64,000 nt of DNA from the NCBI GenBank assembly GCA_031399525.1, contig JANNOZ010000010.1, positions 295,132-359,131 on the forward strand, in the 5' to 3' direction. Made by a program: the position numbers and the translations under genes. Below, in pieces: positions 9,759 to 18,821 of this stretch. This DNA comes from Actinomycetes bacterium. GTDB taxonomy: Bacteria > Actinomycetota > Acidimicrobiia > Acidimicrobiales > CADCSY01. Position 1 is the first letter of the stretch, and every line of letters starts with the position of its first letter. The notes under the pieces were generated by a model. It ran no database searches. It worked only from the letters and a program-made list of their open reading frames with translations, and was not told the origin of the DNA.

Positions 9759-10190
9759 CTAGATGCCGAGGTCGTCTAGGCCGGGCTGAGCGCCAGCGAG
9801 CAGCGCTTCGCCGCGGGTGTTGATGTCGCGCCATCGGGTGGCGTCCCAGAGCTCGATCCGGTTGATGGCTCCGGTCACCACGACGTCGCGCTCGATCTCG
9901 GCGAAGGAGCGGAGGTTGGCCGGCAAGGCGATGCGGCCTTGGCGATCGGGAACCACCTCGGCGGTGCCGGCCGCCAGAGAGCGCACCAGGGTCCGCTCGT
10001 CGCCACCTCGGCGGGCCTTCTCCTGCATCTCCTGGGCCACGGTGGCGAACTCCTCTCGGGTGTAAACGGCCAAGCAGCCGTCGAGGACCTTGGTGATGAA
10101 GCCGCCCGCCAGGAAGGCGTCTCGGAACTTGGCCGGGAGGATCACCCGGCCCTTGGTGTCCACGGAGTGCTCGAACTCTCCGAAGAACAC
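9759..10190 (-). CDS. mraZ: transcriptional regulator MraZ
   Basis: 143 aa with two SpoVT/AbrB-like repeats (DTKGRVILPAKFR and DRQGRIALPANLR). GTG start preceded by GGAAGGAG 6 nt upstream. Confidence 0.95.
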   Translation of the reverse strand: MFFGEFEHSVDTKGRVILPAKFRDAFLAGGFITKVLDGCLAVYTREEFATVAQEMQEKARRGGDERTLVRSLAAGTAEVVPDRQGRIALPANLRSFAEIERDVVVTGAINRIELWDATRWRDINTRGEALLAGAQPGLDDLGI

Positions 10191-10282
10191 CTCCCGCTCC
10201 TTCCAGGTCGTTGGCGACCACCACTCGATCGTTTCGATGAGCCCGGATCTCCCCTTTGTCCCCCTCGGGGAACCCGGTTCAA

Positions 10283-10308
10283 CCCCTTCTCACCACTTCG
10301 CTCCACTT
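10283..10308 (-). promoter_or_regulatory. candidate MraZ operator: three direct hexamer repeats at exact 10-bp spacing
   Basis: Minus strand reads AAGTGGAGCG AAGTGGTGAG AAGGGG. On the plus strand these are CCCCTT 10283-88, CCACTT 10293-98 and CCACTT 10303-08. The array lies 93-118 nt upstream of the mraZ GTG. Confidence 0.55.
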
Positions 10309-10405
10309 TAAGCCCCCATAACCCACCCGTCAAGGCCCCGATCCCCCACTTCCCTCCACCGGGGCGCGCCGGTCCACCGGCTGAGCCCCCTCGGCAACCG
10401 GCCGA

Positions 10406-11062
10406 TCAGCGCCGGTCGGTCGGCTCGACCGATGCCGAGTCGGCCACGGCCAACTCAAAGGCCGCCACCACTGCACCCAACGCCGGCTCGCCCACCCCGC
10501 CGGCAACGCCGGCCAGCTCACGCTCGGCCCGGCCCCTGGCGTCGTCATCGAGCGCCAACACGGCCAGCAGCCGATCGGGCTCCCACCGGGCGTAGAGGAG
10601 GCACCCGAACGTGGCCCCGTCCCGCGTGCGACGTTGGGCCATCCCGAGCACCTTGACCCCCCCGATGGACACCTCGCCCGATCCAAGCCCGGCAAAGCAA
10701 ACCAACCGCGACCAGTTGGACGAGATCGGCCGGCCGTCGTGCACCGCCACGTCCGCGCCGACGCCGACCTCGACGGCGGCCAGCGCCTCGGCCCAGGCCC
10801 GGCCCAGCCACAGGAAGGACCGACCGACATCGGCGTCCCACTGGCGGTTGAGTCTGGGCACCTCGACGTCGACCCAGAGCGAACCGGCGGGCTCGAGCAA
10901 GACCGCTCCCCCACCGCTGCGACGCCGGGTTACCTCTACGCCGAGGCGGGCCGCAGCCTCGGCGTCGACCACGGCGGCGTCCTGGGTGCTGCCCAGCACG
11001 AGGGTGGCGTGCTCGATGGGGCGCTCGGTGATGGTCACCACGTCTGCCGGTCTGTCGGCCAC
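10406..11062 (-). CDS. biotin/lipoate A/B protein ligase family protein (LplA/LipB-like)
   Basis: 218 aa. RRRSGGGAVLLEPG motif typical of the lipoate-protein ligase catalytic domain. GTG start. Confidence 0.75.
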   Translation of the reverse strand: MADRPADVVTITERPIEHATLVLGSTQDAAVVDAEAAARLGVEVTRRRSGGGAVLLEPAGSLWVDVEVPRLNRQWDADVGRSFLWLGRAWAEALAAVEVGVGADVAVHDGRPISSNWSRLVCFAGLGSGEVSIGGVKVLGMAQRRTRDGATFGCLLYARWEPDRLLAVLALDDDARGRAERELAGVAGGVGEPALGAVVAAFELAVADSASVEPTDRR

Positions 11063-11115
11063 GGCCCCGGAGTCTGCCCGACCCGTCGGTCGCCGAGGGC
11101 ACGAGGCCCGCTACC

Positions 11116-11628
11116 GTGACCGCCGTGACCAGGTCGCTGGTCCTGAACGCCACCTACGAACCACTGGCCGTCGTGTCCTCGCGGCGCGCCGTGGTGCTCG
11201 TCATCGACGGCAAAGCCGAGGTCGTCCACGACACCGGCCACCGGCTGCACGCCGAGCACATCGAGGTGCCCGAACCATCGGTCGTCCGGCTCCACTACTT
11301 GGTCCGGGTGCCCTACCAGCACCACCGTGCGCTCAACCGGCGATCGGTGTTCGCCCGAGACGGGAACCGCTGCCAGTACTGCCTCGGTCCGGCGGAAGGG
11401 ATCGACCACGTCGTACCCCGCAGCCGGGGCGGAACCCATAGCTGGGACAACGTCGTGGCCGCCTGTCGGCGCTGCAACAGCGCCAAGCGCGACCGCCTCC
11501 TACACGAGACCTCGATGCACCTCTACAACCGGCCCAGCGCCCCCCGGGAGTTGTCGTGGGTGCACGTGATGGTGGGCTCGGTCCCGAGCCTCTGGGAGCC
11601 CTACCTCGCCACGCCGGTCAACGCGTGA
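11116..11628 (+). CDS. HNH endonuclease
   Basis: 170 aa. HNH/Zn-finger core CQYC...DHVVPRSRGGTHSWDNVVAACRRCNSAK. Confidence 0.85.
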   Translation: MTAVTRSLVLNATYEPLAVVSSRRAVVLVIDGKAEVVHDTGHRLHAEHIEVPEPSVVRLHYLVRVPYQHHRALNRRSVFARDGNRCQYCLGPAEGIDHVVPRSRGGTHSWDNVVAACRRCNSAKRDRLLHETSMHLYNRPSAPRELSWVHVMVGSVPSLWEPYLATPVNA

Positions 11629-12698
11629 AGCACCAGGACGTCCAGCCCCGATCACCCCTACCGACGCCGGAGATCCTCGATGCCCGGCTCCACCGGGTGA
11701 CGCTCCCGCTCGTCGCTCCGTTCGTCACGACCCACGGCGTCCTTCACCAGCGCGACGTCCTGCTCGTCGAGCTGGTCGGCGCGGAGGGCGTCGGCTGGGG
11801 CGAATGCGCTGCCCTTCCCGCTCCGACCTACACCGGCGAGTGGGTCGACGGAGCCGAGGCCGTGCTCCGTCGCCACCTCCTCCCTGCCGTGCTCGCCGGG
11901 CACACCTCAGCGGGAGTGGCCGGCAATCCGATGGCCTCCGCCGCGGTCGACGCAGCCCTGCTCGACCTGGCCCTGGGCCCCGCCGGGTGCTCACTGGCGG
12001 ATTGGGTGGGTGGCGAACGCGACCGCGTGGCCTGTGCGGTCGCCGTTGGACTCGAGCGCTCGATCGACGCTCTGCTCGCCGAGGTCGCCCGCCACGTCGG
12101 CGCCGGCTACCACCGGGTCAAGTTGAAGGTCGGGCCGAGCTCTGGCCTCGATCCGGTCCGGGCCGTCCGCCAGGCCTGGCCCACTCTCGCGGTGGCCATC
12201 GACGCCAACGGCAGCCTCGATCCGTCGACGATGAGCGACTGGGACGACCTGGGCCTGGTCGAGATCGAACAACCCCTTCCCCCCGACGACCTGGTGGGGC
12301 TGACCGAGGTATCCCGTCGGCTCCAAACGCCGGTCTGTCTCGACGAGTCGGTCGGGTCGGTCGACCACCTACGCAGCGCGTTGGCCCTCGGATGGCGCGG
12401 TCACGTCAACCTCAAGCCCGGTCGGGTCGGCGGCATCCACGCCGCGCTTGCCATCTACGACCTCGCGGTGGCCGAGGGCATCCCGTTGTGGATCGGCGGC
12501 ATGCTGTCCACGGGTATCGGCAAGGCGGTCGACGTGGCCCTTGCGTCGCTGGCCGGCGTCGCCCTGCCCAGCGAGATCTACCCGTCGAGTCGGTGGTTCG
12601 ACACCGATGTCACCGAGCCGTGGGGCATGGCCACCGACGGAACCATGGCGGTGCGACCGGCGGGGCCCGTGCACCTCCCTACCGAGGAAGACTCGTGA
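11625..12698 (+). CDS. enolase-superfamily enzyme, o-succinylbenzoate synthase / N-acylamino-acid racemase subgroup
   Basis: Track ORF trimmed to GTG 11625 (GTGA overlap with the HNH stop). Motifs KLKVG (KxK), DANGS, EQP, LDES and NLKPGRVGG. Confidence 0.8.
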   Translation: MKHQDVQPRSPLPTPEILDARLHRVTLPLVAPFVTTHGVLHQRDVLLVELVGAEGVGWGECAALPAPTYTGEWVDGAEAVLRRHLLPAVLAGHTSAGVAGNPMASAAVDAALLDLALGPAGCSLADWVGGERDRVACAVAVGLERSIDALLAEVARHVGAGYHRVKLKVGPSSGLDPVRAVRQAWPTLAVAIDANGSLDPSTMSDWDDLGLVEIEQPLPPDDLVGLTEVSRRLQTPVCLDESVGSVDHLRSALALGWRGHVNLKPGRVGGIHAALAIYDLAVAEGIPLWIGGMLSTGIGKAVDVALASLAGVALPSEIYPSSRWFDTDVTEPWGMATDGTMAVRPAGPVHLPTEEDS

Positions 12699-13093
12699 GG
12701 TTCCCGTGGACGAAGCGGGGTCCCCGCCGCCCGTCGTGGCGGTCCCGGCAGTTGGATTTTGCCAAGCGGGTCGGCCGCGACGGCCTCGACGACATCGCGT
12801 CGAGGCCGGTGCGCTACGAGTGGTGGGCGCCGCTGCCGATGCCCAGCCACTCCTATCGGGCCGGCGCGCTGCGCATGCCCGAGACGTCGGTCGTCGTACG
12901 CGAGCTCCATGTCGAGCAACCCAGGAGCCTGGCGTTCCCGGTATCGAGGATGACGTTCGGCACCCTCGACGTGGGCCACGGCCGGGGCCAGATCATCGGC
13001 GAGTTCGAGGCCGGCGGCACGCTGATCCTGGCCCTTTCGGACGGGGTCTACATCTACCCGATCGGCGAGCCGCGATGGGTCCAGCCGTTGTGA
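12695..13093 (+). CDS. hypothetical protein
   Basis: The tail of track ORF 11804..13093 only becomes protein-like after GTG 12695, which forms a GTGA overlap with the upstream stop. GC3-rich frame. No family recognised. Confidence 0.4.
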   Translation: MRFPWTKRGPRRPSWRSRQLDFAKRVGRDGLDDIASRPVRYEWWAPLPMPSHSYRAGALRMPETSVVVRELHVEQPRSLAFPVSRMTFGTLDVGHGRGQIIGEFEAGGTLILALSDGVYIYPIGEPRWVQPL

Positions 13094-13120
13094 CCGATGC
13101 CGAGCCGAGGGTCCGGCCAG

Positions 13121-13372
13121 TCAGCGGGAGCGGCACCACTGCAGCCAGGTGACCACGTCGTCGGGATCGAGTGGGTGGTCGGCGTCGCCGTACATGGTCT
13201 CAGCCCGGAACCGGAGGTAGTCCTGGGCCGGGAGCGGCAACGGCGGCCAGTGCCGCCACCACCCCGAAGGCGCCAACCGTCGGAGCTGGCGCAGCGCCAC
13301 CGCCCACAACTGGGGGCGAACCAACACGGCCAGGCTGGCTGCTGCCCACCACGGCCCTCCTCGTTCACCCAT
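13121..13372 (-). CDS. hypothetical small Trp-rich protein
   Basis: Track ORF 13121..13519 trimmed to ATG 13372, which overlaps the end of the ROK gene by 8 nt. Sequence MGERGGPWWAAASLAVLV...DYLRFRAETMYGD. No family recognised. Confidence 0.45.
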   Translation of the reverse strand: MGERGGPWWAAASLAVLVRPQLWAVALRQLRRLAPSGWWRHWPPLPLPAQDYLRFRAETMYGDADHPLDPDDVVTWLQWCRSR

Positions 13373-14234
13373 CGGAGCGCACCGTTCGCCCCAGTCCTCG
13401 CCAGCCCACGGCCGCCGCTCCGACCAGCGGGCCCGCGTCGCCGAGCCCCGCGGGCACGATCCGGCTGCCGGATGAGAAGTCCAGACGCGCATCGTCGTCC
13501 AGCGCAGCCTGGGCCGCATCGAAGAACGGTGGCCCGAAGCCCAATGCCACCGATCCGGCGACGACCGCGAGACGCAGGTCGCACACGTTGGCCACTGCGG
13601 CCACCGCTTGGCCCACCAACTGCCCGGTCCGGGCCACCACGGCCGGTGACGCCTCTTCGGGGGGCCTACCGGTCATCGCGGCGATGGCGGACCCGGATGC
13701 CTCGGCCTCGAGACAGCCGCGGGCGCCACACGCGCAGACCCGGCCGCCTGGCACCACGATCACGTGGCCGACGTGGCCAGCGTTACCCGAGGCCCCGTCG
13801 AGCAGGACGCCGCCACTGACCACACCGCCGCCCACCCCCGTCGACACCACCATGGCCAGATAGTCCTCGACGCCTACCGCGGCGCCGCGCCAACCCTCGG
13901 CCAGGGCCAACGCCTTGGCGTCGTTGTCGATCGAGACGTCCAGTCCCGTGGTCGCTGCCAGCCGGGCCCGAAGCGGGAACCGGCGCCAGCCGCCGATGTT
14001 GAGCGGCGACACGAACTCGCCCCCGGACGTCATCGGGCCACCGCAGCCCACCCCGAGGGCCAGTTCGTCGCCCCGGGCCACCGACGCCAGCACCGAGCAG
14101 CAGGCGTCGAAGGCGGCGGCGCCATCGGCGACCGGTGTGGGCATCTCGGCCCGAGCCAGTAGCGACCCGTTCTCGTCGACCACCCCGGCGGCCACCTTGG
14201 TCCCGCCGACGTCGAGGGCGAGAACCGTGGCCAC
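13365..14234 (-). CDS. ROK-family sugar kinase (glucokinase-like)
   Basis: LALDVGGTKVAAGVV N-terminus and ROK zinc motif CACGARGCLE. Start set at GTG 14234, because ATG 14297 would overlap the moxR ATG head-to-head. Confidence 0.8.
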   Translation of the reverse strand: MATVLALDVGGTKVAAGVVDENGSLLARAEMPTPVADGAAAFDACCSVLASVARGDELALGVGCGGPMTSGGEFVSPLNIGGWRRFPLRARLAATTGLDVSIDNDAKALALAEGWRGAAVGVEDYLAMVVSTGVGGGVVSGGVLLDGASGNAGHVGHVIVVPGGRVCACGARGCLEAEASGSAIAAMTGRPPEEASPAVVARTGQLVGQAVAAVANVCDLRLAVVAGSVALGFGPPFFDAAQAALDDDARLDFSSGSRIVPAGLGDAGPLVGAAAVGWRGLGRTVRSDG

Positions 14235-14295
14235 AGCGGGACGGTATAGCCCGCAGGTGCCGTAGCGGGGCGGGCCACATACGATTCTCGGTCTC

Positions 14296-15282
14296 ATGGC
14301 TCCGACCACGTCTGCCGCCATCGACCTCGAAGGCTTCGCCGAGCGGTTCGCGGCGATCGGCGAGAACATCGCCGTCGCCGTGCAGGGCAAGCCCGAGGTC
14401 ATCGAACTGGTGCTGCTCTGTCTGATCGCCGAGGGCCACCTCCTCATCGAGGACGTTCCCGGCGTGGGCAAGACCAACCTGGCCAAGGCCCTCGCCGTGT
14501 CCATCGACGGGCGATGGGGTCGGGTGCAGTTCACGCCCGATCTCTTGCCCTCCGACATCGTCGGTGTGTCGGTGTGGAACCGCGACACGAACACCTTCGA
14601 GTTCAAACACGGGGCCGTTTTCTGCAACGTCCTCGTCGGCGACGAGATCAACCGGGCATCACCCAAGACCCAGTCGGCTCTGCTCGAAGCCATGCAAGAA
14701 CACCAGGTGACCGTCGACGGCGTGACTCATCCGCTGCCGACGCCGTTCATGGTGGTCGCCACCCAGAACCCGATCGAGCACGAGGGCACCTACCTGTTGC
14801 CCAAGAGCCAGCTGGACCGCTTCCTCATGCGGGTGTCGGTGGGCTACCCGGCCCGGGATGCCGAGCTGGAGATTCTCGACACCCAGGCCGCCGATCCCGT
14901 GATCGACAAGTTGGGCCCAGTGGCCACCGTCAACGACGTGCTGGCCATGGCCGCCCTGGCCCGCGACATCCATGTCGCCCCGAGCCTCAAGGGATACCTC
15001 GTCGAGCTGGCCACCACCTCTCGCGTCCACCCCAGCCTCACCCTGGGCATGTCTCCTCGGGCCACCCTCGCTCTACAGCGTGCGGCCCGGGCCCGGGCGG
15101 CAGCCAGCGGTCGGACCTTCGTCATTCCCGACGACATCAAGGCGTTGGCGGCCCCGGTGCTCGCCCATCGCCTGGTGCTCACCCCGGAGGCGACCATGCA
15201 GGGCATCAGTGCGGCCCGCGTCGTCGACGACCTGCTTCGTCACGTACCTGTGCCAGCAGCCGCCGCCACCGACGCGGGCTGA
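14296..15282 (+). CDS. moxR: MoxR-family AAA+ ATPase
   Basis: 328 aa. Walker A GVPGVGKT, Walker B-like LVGDEINRASP, VVATQNPIEHEGTY. Confidence 0.93.
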   Translation: MAPTTSAAIDLEGFAERFAAIGENIAVAVQGKPEVIELVLLCLIAEGHLLIEDVPGVGKTNLAKALAVSIDGRWGRVQFTPDLLPSDIVGVSVWNRDTNTFEFKHGAVFCNVLVGDEINRASPKTQSALLEAMQEHQVTVDGVTHPLPTPFMVVATQNPIEHEGTYLLPKSQLDRFLMRVSVGYPARDAELEILDTQAADPVIDKLGPVATVNDVLAMAALARDIHVAPSLKGYLVELATTSRVHPSLTLGMSPRATLALQRAARARAAASGRTFVIPDDIKALAAPVLAHRLVLTPEATMQGISAARVVDDLLRHVPVPAAAATDAG

Positions 15283-15288
15283 GCCGCC

Positions 15289-16461
15289 GTGCTGACCCGC
15301 CAGGGTTGGGGTGCAGTGCTGTCGGCTGTCGCGCTGGTGGTGGCCGGACGGCTCTTCGGCATCGTCGAGCTGTATGTCGTCGCCGTCGGGGTCACTGCAG
15401 TGCTGATCGCCGGCGCCATCGCCGTCGAACTGGCCAAGGTCCGTCTCGACGTCGCCCGGTCGCTGCATCCCCGTCGGGTCCACGCCGGGACACCCAGTCG
15501 AGTCGACCTGCAGGTCCGCAATCCAACCAGTCGCCCGTCGCCCCTGGTGTCGTTGGCCGACCCGATCGACCACGACCACGTGGCTCGGGTGGTGTTGGCC
15601 CCGCTCGACGCCGGCAAAGTCGTGACCGCGGCGTACCAACTCCCGACCGAGCGCCGGGGCATACGCCGGATCGGGCCGCTCTCGTTGGTCGTCTCCGACC
15701 CGTTCGGGCTGGTGCGCCTGGAGACCGAGGTGGCCTCGGCTACCGAACTGACCGTCTGGCCTCGAATCGACGACGTCCTGCCCCTCCCGCCGGCACCCGG
15801 CGACGCCCTGCTCACCGGCACCGGCCACGTCGACCTGCACACCAGCGTCGGTGACGAGTTCTCCACCCTGAGGACCTACGTTCCGGGCGACGACCTGCGT
15901 CGGGTCCATTGGCCGACCAGCGCCCGCCGGGGCGAGCTGATGATCCGCCAGGACGAGATGCCCTGGGAACGCCAGGCCACCATCGTGCTCGACGTCCGCC
16001 GTGACGCGTACTCGGCTGCGTCGTTCGAACGAGCAGTGTCCGCCGCGGCCAGCGTGGTGAGCGCCTGTGCCGCCCATCGGGCCCAGATCAGGGTGGTCAC
16101 CACTGCCCGGTTCGACTCGGGCTCGGCGACGAGCGCGGCCCACGTCGAGGCCATCCTCGAACACCTGGCGACCGTGCCCTTGGCCAACACCGCCGACCTG
16201 CCCAGCACCCTCGCCCTCTTGGGCACTACGGGTCATGGCGGCGCGGTCGCCGTCATGTTGGGCGGCACGGCGCCGGCCGACATTGACGCCGCCGCCCGGC
16301 TGCGCCTGACCTTCCCGACCGTGCTCACCGTGGCCTTCACCGACGACCCGTCCGACCCGCCAGCGGCCGCCCGCATGGTCACGGTGGGACCCGACGTCGG
16401 ATTCGGCGAGGTCTGGGATCGTCTCGTGCAGGGTGGCCCAGTGCCGGTCGCTCGGGTGTGA
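15289..16461 (+). CDS. DUF58 domain protein (vWA-like partner of MoxR)
   Basis: 390 aa with two N-terminal TM segments. Contains the 'LRTYVPGDDLRRVHW' motif characteristic of DUF58. Immediately follows moxR. Confidence 0.85.
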   Translation: MLTRQGWGAVLSAVALVVAGRLFGIVELYVVAVGVTAVLIAGAIAVELAKVRLDVARSLHPRRVHAGTPSRVDLQVRNPTSRPSPLVSLADPIDHDHVARVVLAPLDAGKVVTAAYQLPTERRGIRRIGPLSLVVSDPFGLVRLETEVASATELTVWPRIDDVLPLPPAPGDALLTGTGHVDLHTSVGDEFSTLRTYVPGDDLRRVHWPTSARRGELMIRQDEMPWERQATIVLDVRRDAYSAASFERAVSAAASVVSACAAHRAQIRVVTTARFDSGSATSAAHVEAILEHLATVPLANTADLPSTLALLGTTGHGGAVAVMLGGTAPADIDAAARLRLTFPTVLTVAFTDDPSDPPAAARMVTVGPDVGFGEVWDRLVQGGPVPVARV

Positions 16462-16471
16462 CACACCGACG

Positions 16472-18808
16472 ATGAGCGCCCGGAGCCGCGATCTGCGCCA
16501 GACCATGGCGGTCGCCGATCACCCTCGTCCGCCTGGCCAGCTGGCTCGCGTGCTGACCGAACTGGCCCTGGGCGGTGTCACGGTGGCCGCAGTGTTCGGC
16601 CTGATCCGCATCTTCGAAGACGCATCGTTCCTGCCTGCATTGGTGGCCACCGCGATCATCGCCCACGTGGTCGCTGCAGTCGTCCGGCGCGACGGGCGGC
16701 CGGTGATGATTGCCGTAGGAGCCCTCGGGCTTCTCCTCGTGCTCCTACTGACCTGGCTCAAGTGGCCCGAGTCGTCCTGGTACGGCCTGCCGACGTTGGC
16801 CACCTGGCAGGCCGCGGCCGACGAGCTGTCCCGAGCCTGGTCGGTCTTCCGCGACGCGAGTGCGCCGGCGCCGGTCGACGCCGGCTTCGTGCTGATCGGG
16901 GTGCTCACGGTGGCCTTGGTCGCGGTCACTGCCGATACAGCGGCGTTCCGGGCTGGGGCCGCCGTCGAAGCGGCGATACCAGCCGCCAGCATCTTCTTGT
17001 TCGGCGCCGCCCTCGGCGCCGGCCAGCACCGACTGGTCACCACCGCGGTGTTCCTGATCGCCGTCATGGCCTATTGGCTGGCCCAGAGGGGATTGGCCCA
17101 GTCGGTGACCCCGGGCCAGATGGCCACCGATCCAATGGGTGCGGGCACCAGCTTGGCCCGCCGAGGGGCCGGCATCATCGGCCTCGGCGTGGTCGCTGCC
17201 CTCGTAGTTGGCCCCATACTCCCGGGAGCCGACGCTCGGGCCGTCATCCCGTGGCGGGCTTCGGACCGACCGGGTTCGGACACCCGGGTCACGGTGAGCC
17301 CCCTCGTCGACATCCGCACCCGACTCGTCGACCAGGGCGACACCGAGGTCTTCAGCGTGGCGGCCAGCGACCCGAGCTACTGGCGGCTCACCTCGCTCGA
17401 CCAATTCGACGGGAGGATCTGGTCGTCCAACCGCCGCTACGAGGCAGCCGACGATGCTCTCAGCGGACCGGCGCCGGGCCGCAGTGTGGTCATCGAACAG
17501 GACGTCGAGATCGCGGCGCTGTCATCGGTTTGGCTCCCGGCGGCCTACCGCCCGGTGCAGATCGACGGCATCGATGCCGGCTACGACGCGGATTCGGGCA
17601 GCCTCATCGCCTCCGGCGCCGAACCGGTGCCCGAGGGCACCCGCTACGAGCTGCGTTCGGTGCAGCCGACGATCACCCAGGACATCCTGTCGGAGGCCGC
17701 GGCGACGGCCCCGGCCTCCATCGCCACGACCTACACCGCCCTCCCCGAGGGGTTCAGCACCGCGATCCAGACGCTCGCGGGAGAGATCGTGGCTGGCGCC
17801 ACTACCCAATACGAAAAGGCCCGACGGCTCCAGGACTGGTTCCAGTCGGGTCAGTTCACCTACGACCTCACCGTCATGTCCGGCCACAGCGCCAACGATC
17901 TCGAGCGGTTCTTGTTCGAGACCAAGACCGGCTACTGCGAGCAGTTCGCCGGCGCGTACGCGGCCCTGGCTCGCTCGGCGGGGCTCCCCGCCCGAGTTGC
18001 CGTCGGCTTCACCCCCGGCGAGCTCGGCGACGACGACCGCTACCACGTCTTCGGGTACAACGCCCACGCCTGGCCCGAGGTCTACTTCGACCAGATCGGG
18101 TGGGTTGCCTTCGAGCCCACGCCGGGTCGAGGCGCACCCCGGGCCAACAGCTACACCGGGCTCTCCCCTCAGCAAGCGACCGCGCCCGAGCTGTCCACCT
18201 CGACCACATCACAGAGCTCACCCACCACCGTCGGCGGCGGTGAGACGGCCACCACCCTCCCCGACTTCGGCAGCGACCTGAGCGCCACCGGGGCGGCCAC
18301 CTCGACCGAGCCCAGGTCGTGGACGGGACGGTTCCGCGCCGCGGCGGTCGTGCTGGTCGCCGCAGCCGCGCTCTGGCCACTCGGCCTCCTCGGCCTACGC
18401 GGCGCGCTCAGGCGGCGAAAGCGAGCCCGCGCCGTCGACGCCAGCCGCCGGGTGGTCGTGGCCTGGGACGACGCCGTGGCTGCCATCGACCTGGTCGGTC
18501 TGCACAGCCACCCGTGGGAGACGCCAGCGGAGCTGGCTCGGCGTGCCGCCCGGGCCCCGGGAGTCGAGGCCCGGGTCATCAACGGGTTGGCCGGTATGGT
18601 CACCTATGCCCGCTACGCGCCGGAGGTGGTCGACGACACCACCGCGGAACAGGCCGAGGACGCGGCCCGGACCATTGCCGACGGCGTGCGGGCCACTTTC
18701 GACCGATCTCAGCGGATCCGCTCGTGGTACGACCCTCGCCCTCTGTGGCCCACGCCCCGGACCCGGATCGACATCCGCGAGCAGGTAGGGACTCCCAGCG
18801 ACGACTGA
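16472..18808 (+). CDS. transglutaminase-domain membrane protein
   Basis: Start moved to ATG 16472, 11 nt after the DUF58 stop. Multi-TM N-terminal half. Transglutaminase core GYCEQFAGAYAALARSAGLPARVAVGF...H...D. Confidence 0.88.
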   Translation: MSARSRDLRQTMAVADHPRPPGQLARVLTELALGGVTVAAVFGLIRIFEDASFLPALVATAIIAHVVAAVVRRDGRPVMIAVGALGLLLVLLLTWLKWPESSWYGLPTLATWQAAADELSRAWSVFRDASAPAPVDAGFVLIGVLTVALVAVTADTAAFRAGAAVEAAIPAASIFLFGAALGAGQHRLVTTAVFLIAVMAYWLAQRGLAQSVTPGQMATDPMGAGTSLARRGAGIIGLGVVAALVVGPILPGADARAVIPWRASDRPGSDTRVTVSPLVDIRTRLVDQGDTEVFSVAASDPSYWRLTSLDQFDGRIWSSNRRYEAADDALSGPAPGRSVVIEQDVEIAALSSVWLPAAYRPVQIDGIDAGYDADSGSLIASGAEPVPEGTRYELRSVQPTITQDILSEAAATAPASIATTYTALPEGFSTAIQTLAGEIVAGATTQYEKARRLQDWFQSGQFTYDLTVMSGHSANDLERFLFETKTGYCEQFAGAYAALARSAGLPARVAVGFTPGELGDDDRYHVFGYNAHAWPEVYFDQIGWVAFEPTPGRGAPRANSYTGLSPQQATAPELSTSTTSQSSPTTVGGGETATTLPDFGSDLSATGAATSTEPRSWTGRFRAAAVVLVAAAALWPLGLLGLRGALRRRKRARAVDASRRVVVAWDDAVAAIDLVGLHSHPWETPAELARRAARAPGVEARVINGLAGMVTYARYAPEVVDDTTAEQAEDAARTIADGVRATFDRSQRIRSWYDPRPLWPTPRTRIDIREQVGTPSDD

Positions 18809-18821
18809 CCGGCCTTGGGGC

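Noticed and set aside
14295-14298. Head-to-head overlapping start codons (ROK ATG 14297 versus moxR ATG 14296). The same situation occurs at trpD ATG 37482 versus ATG 37486.
   Set aside because: These starts would leave no room for divergent promoters. Downstream GTGs (14234; 37377/37368) give N-termini that match family norms, so the long forms from the ORF track were not used.
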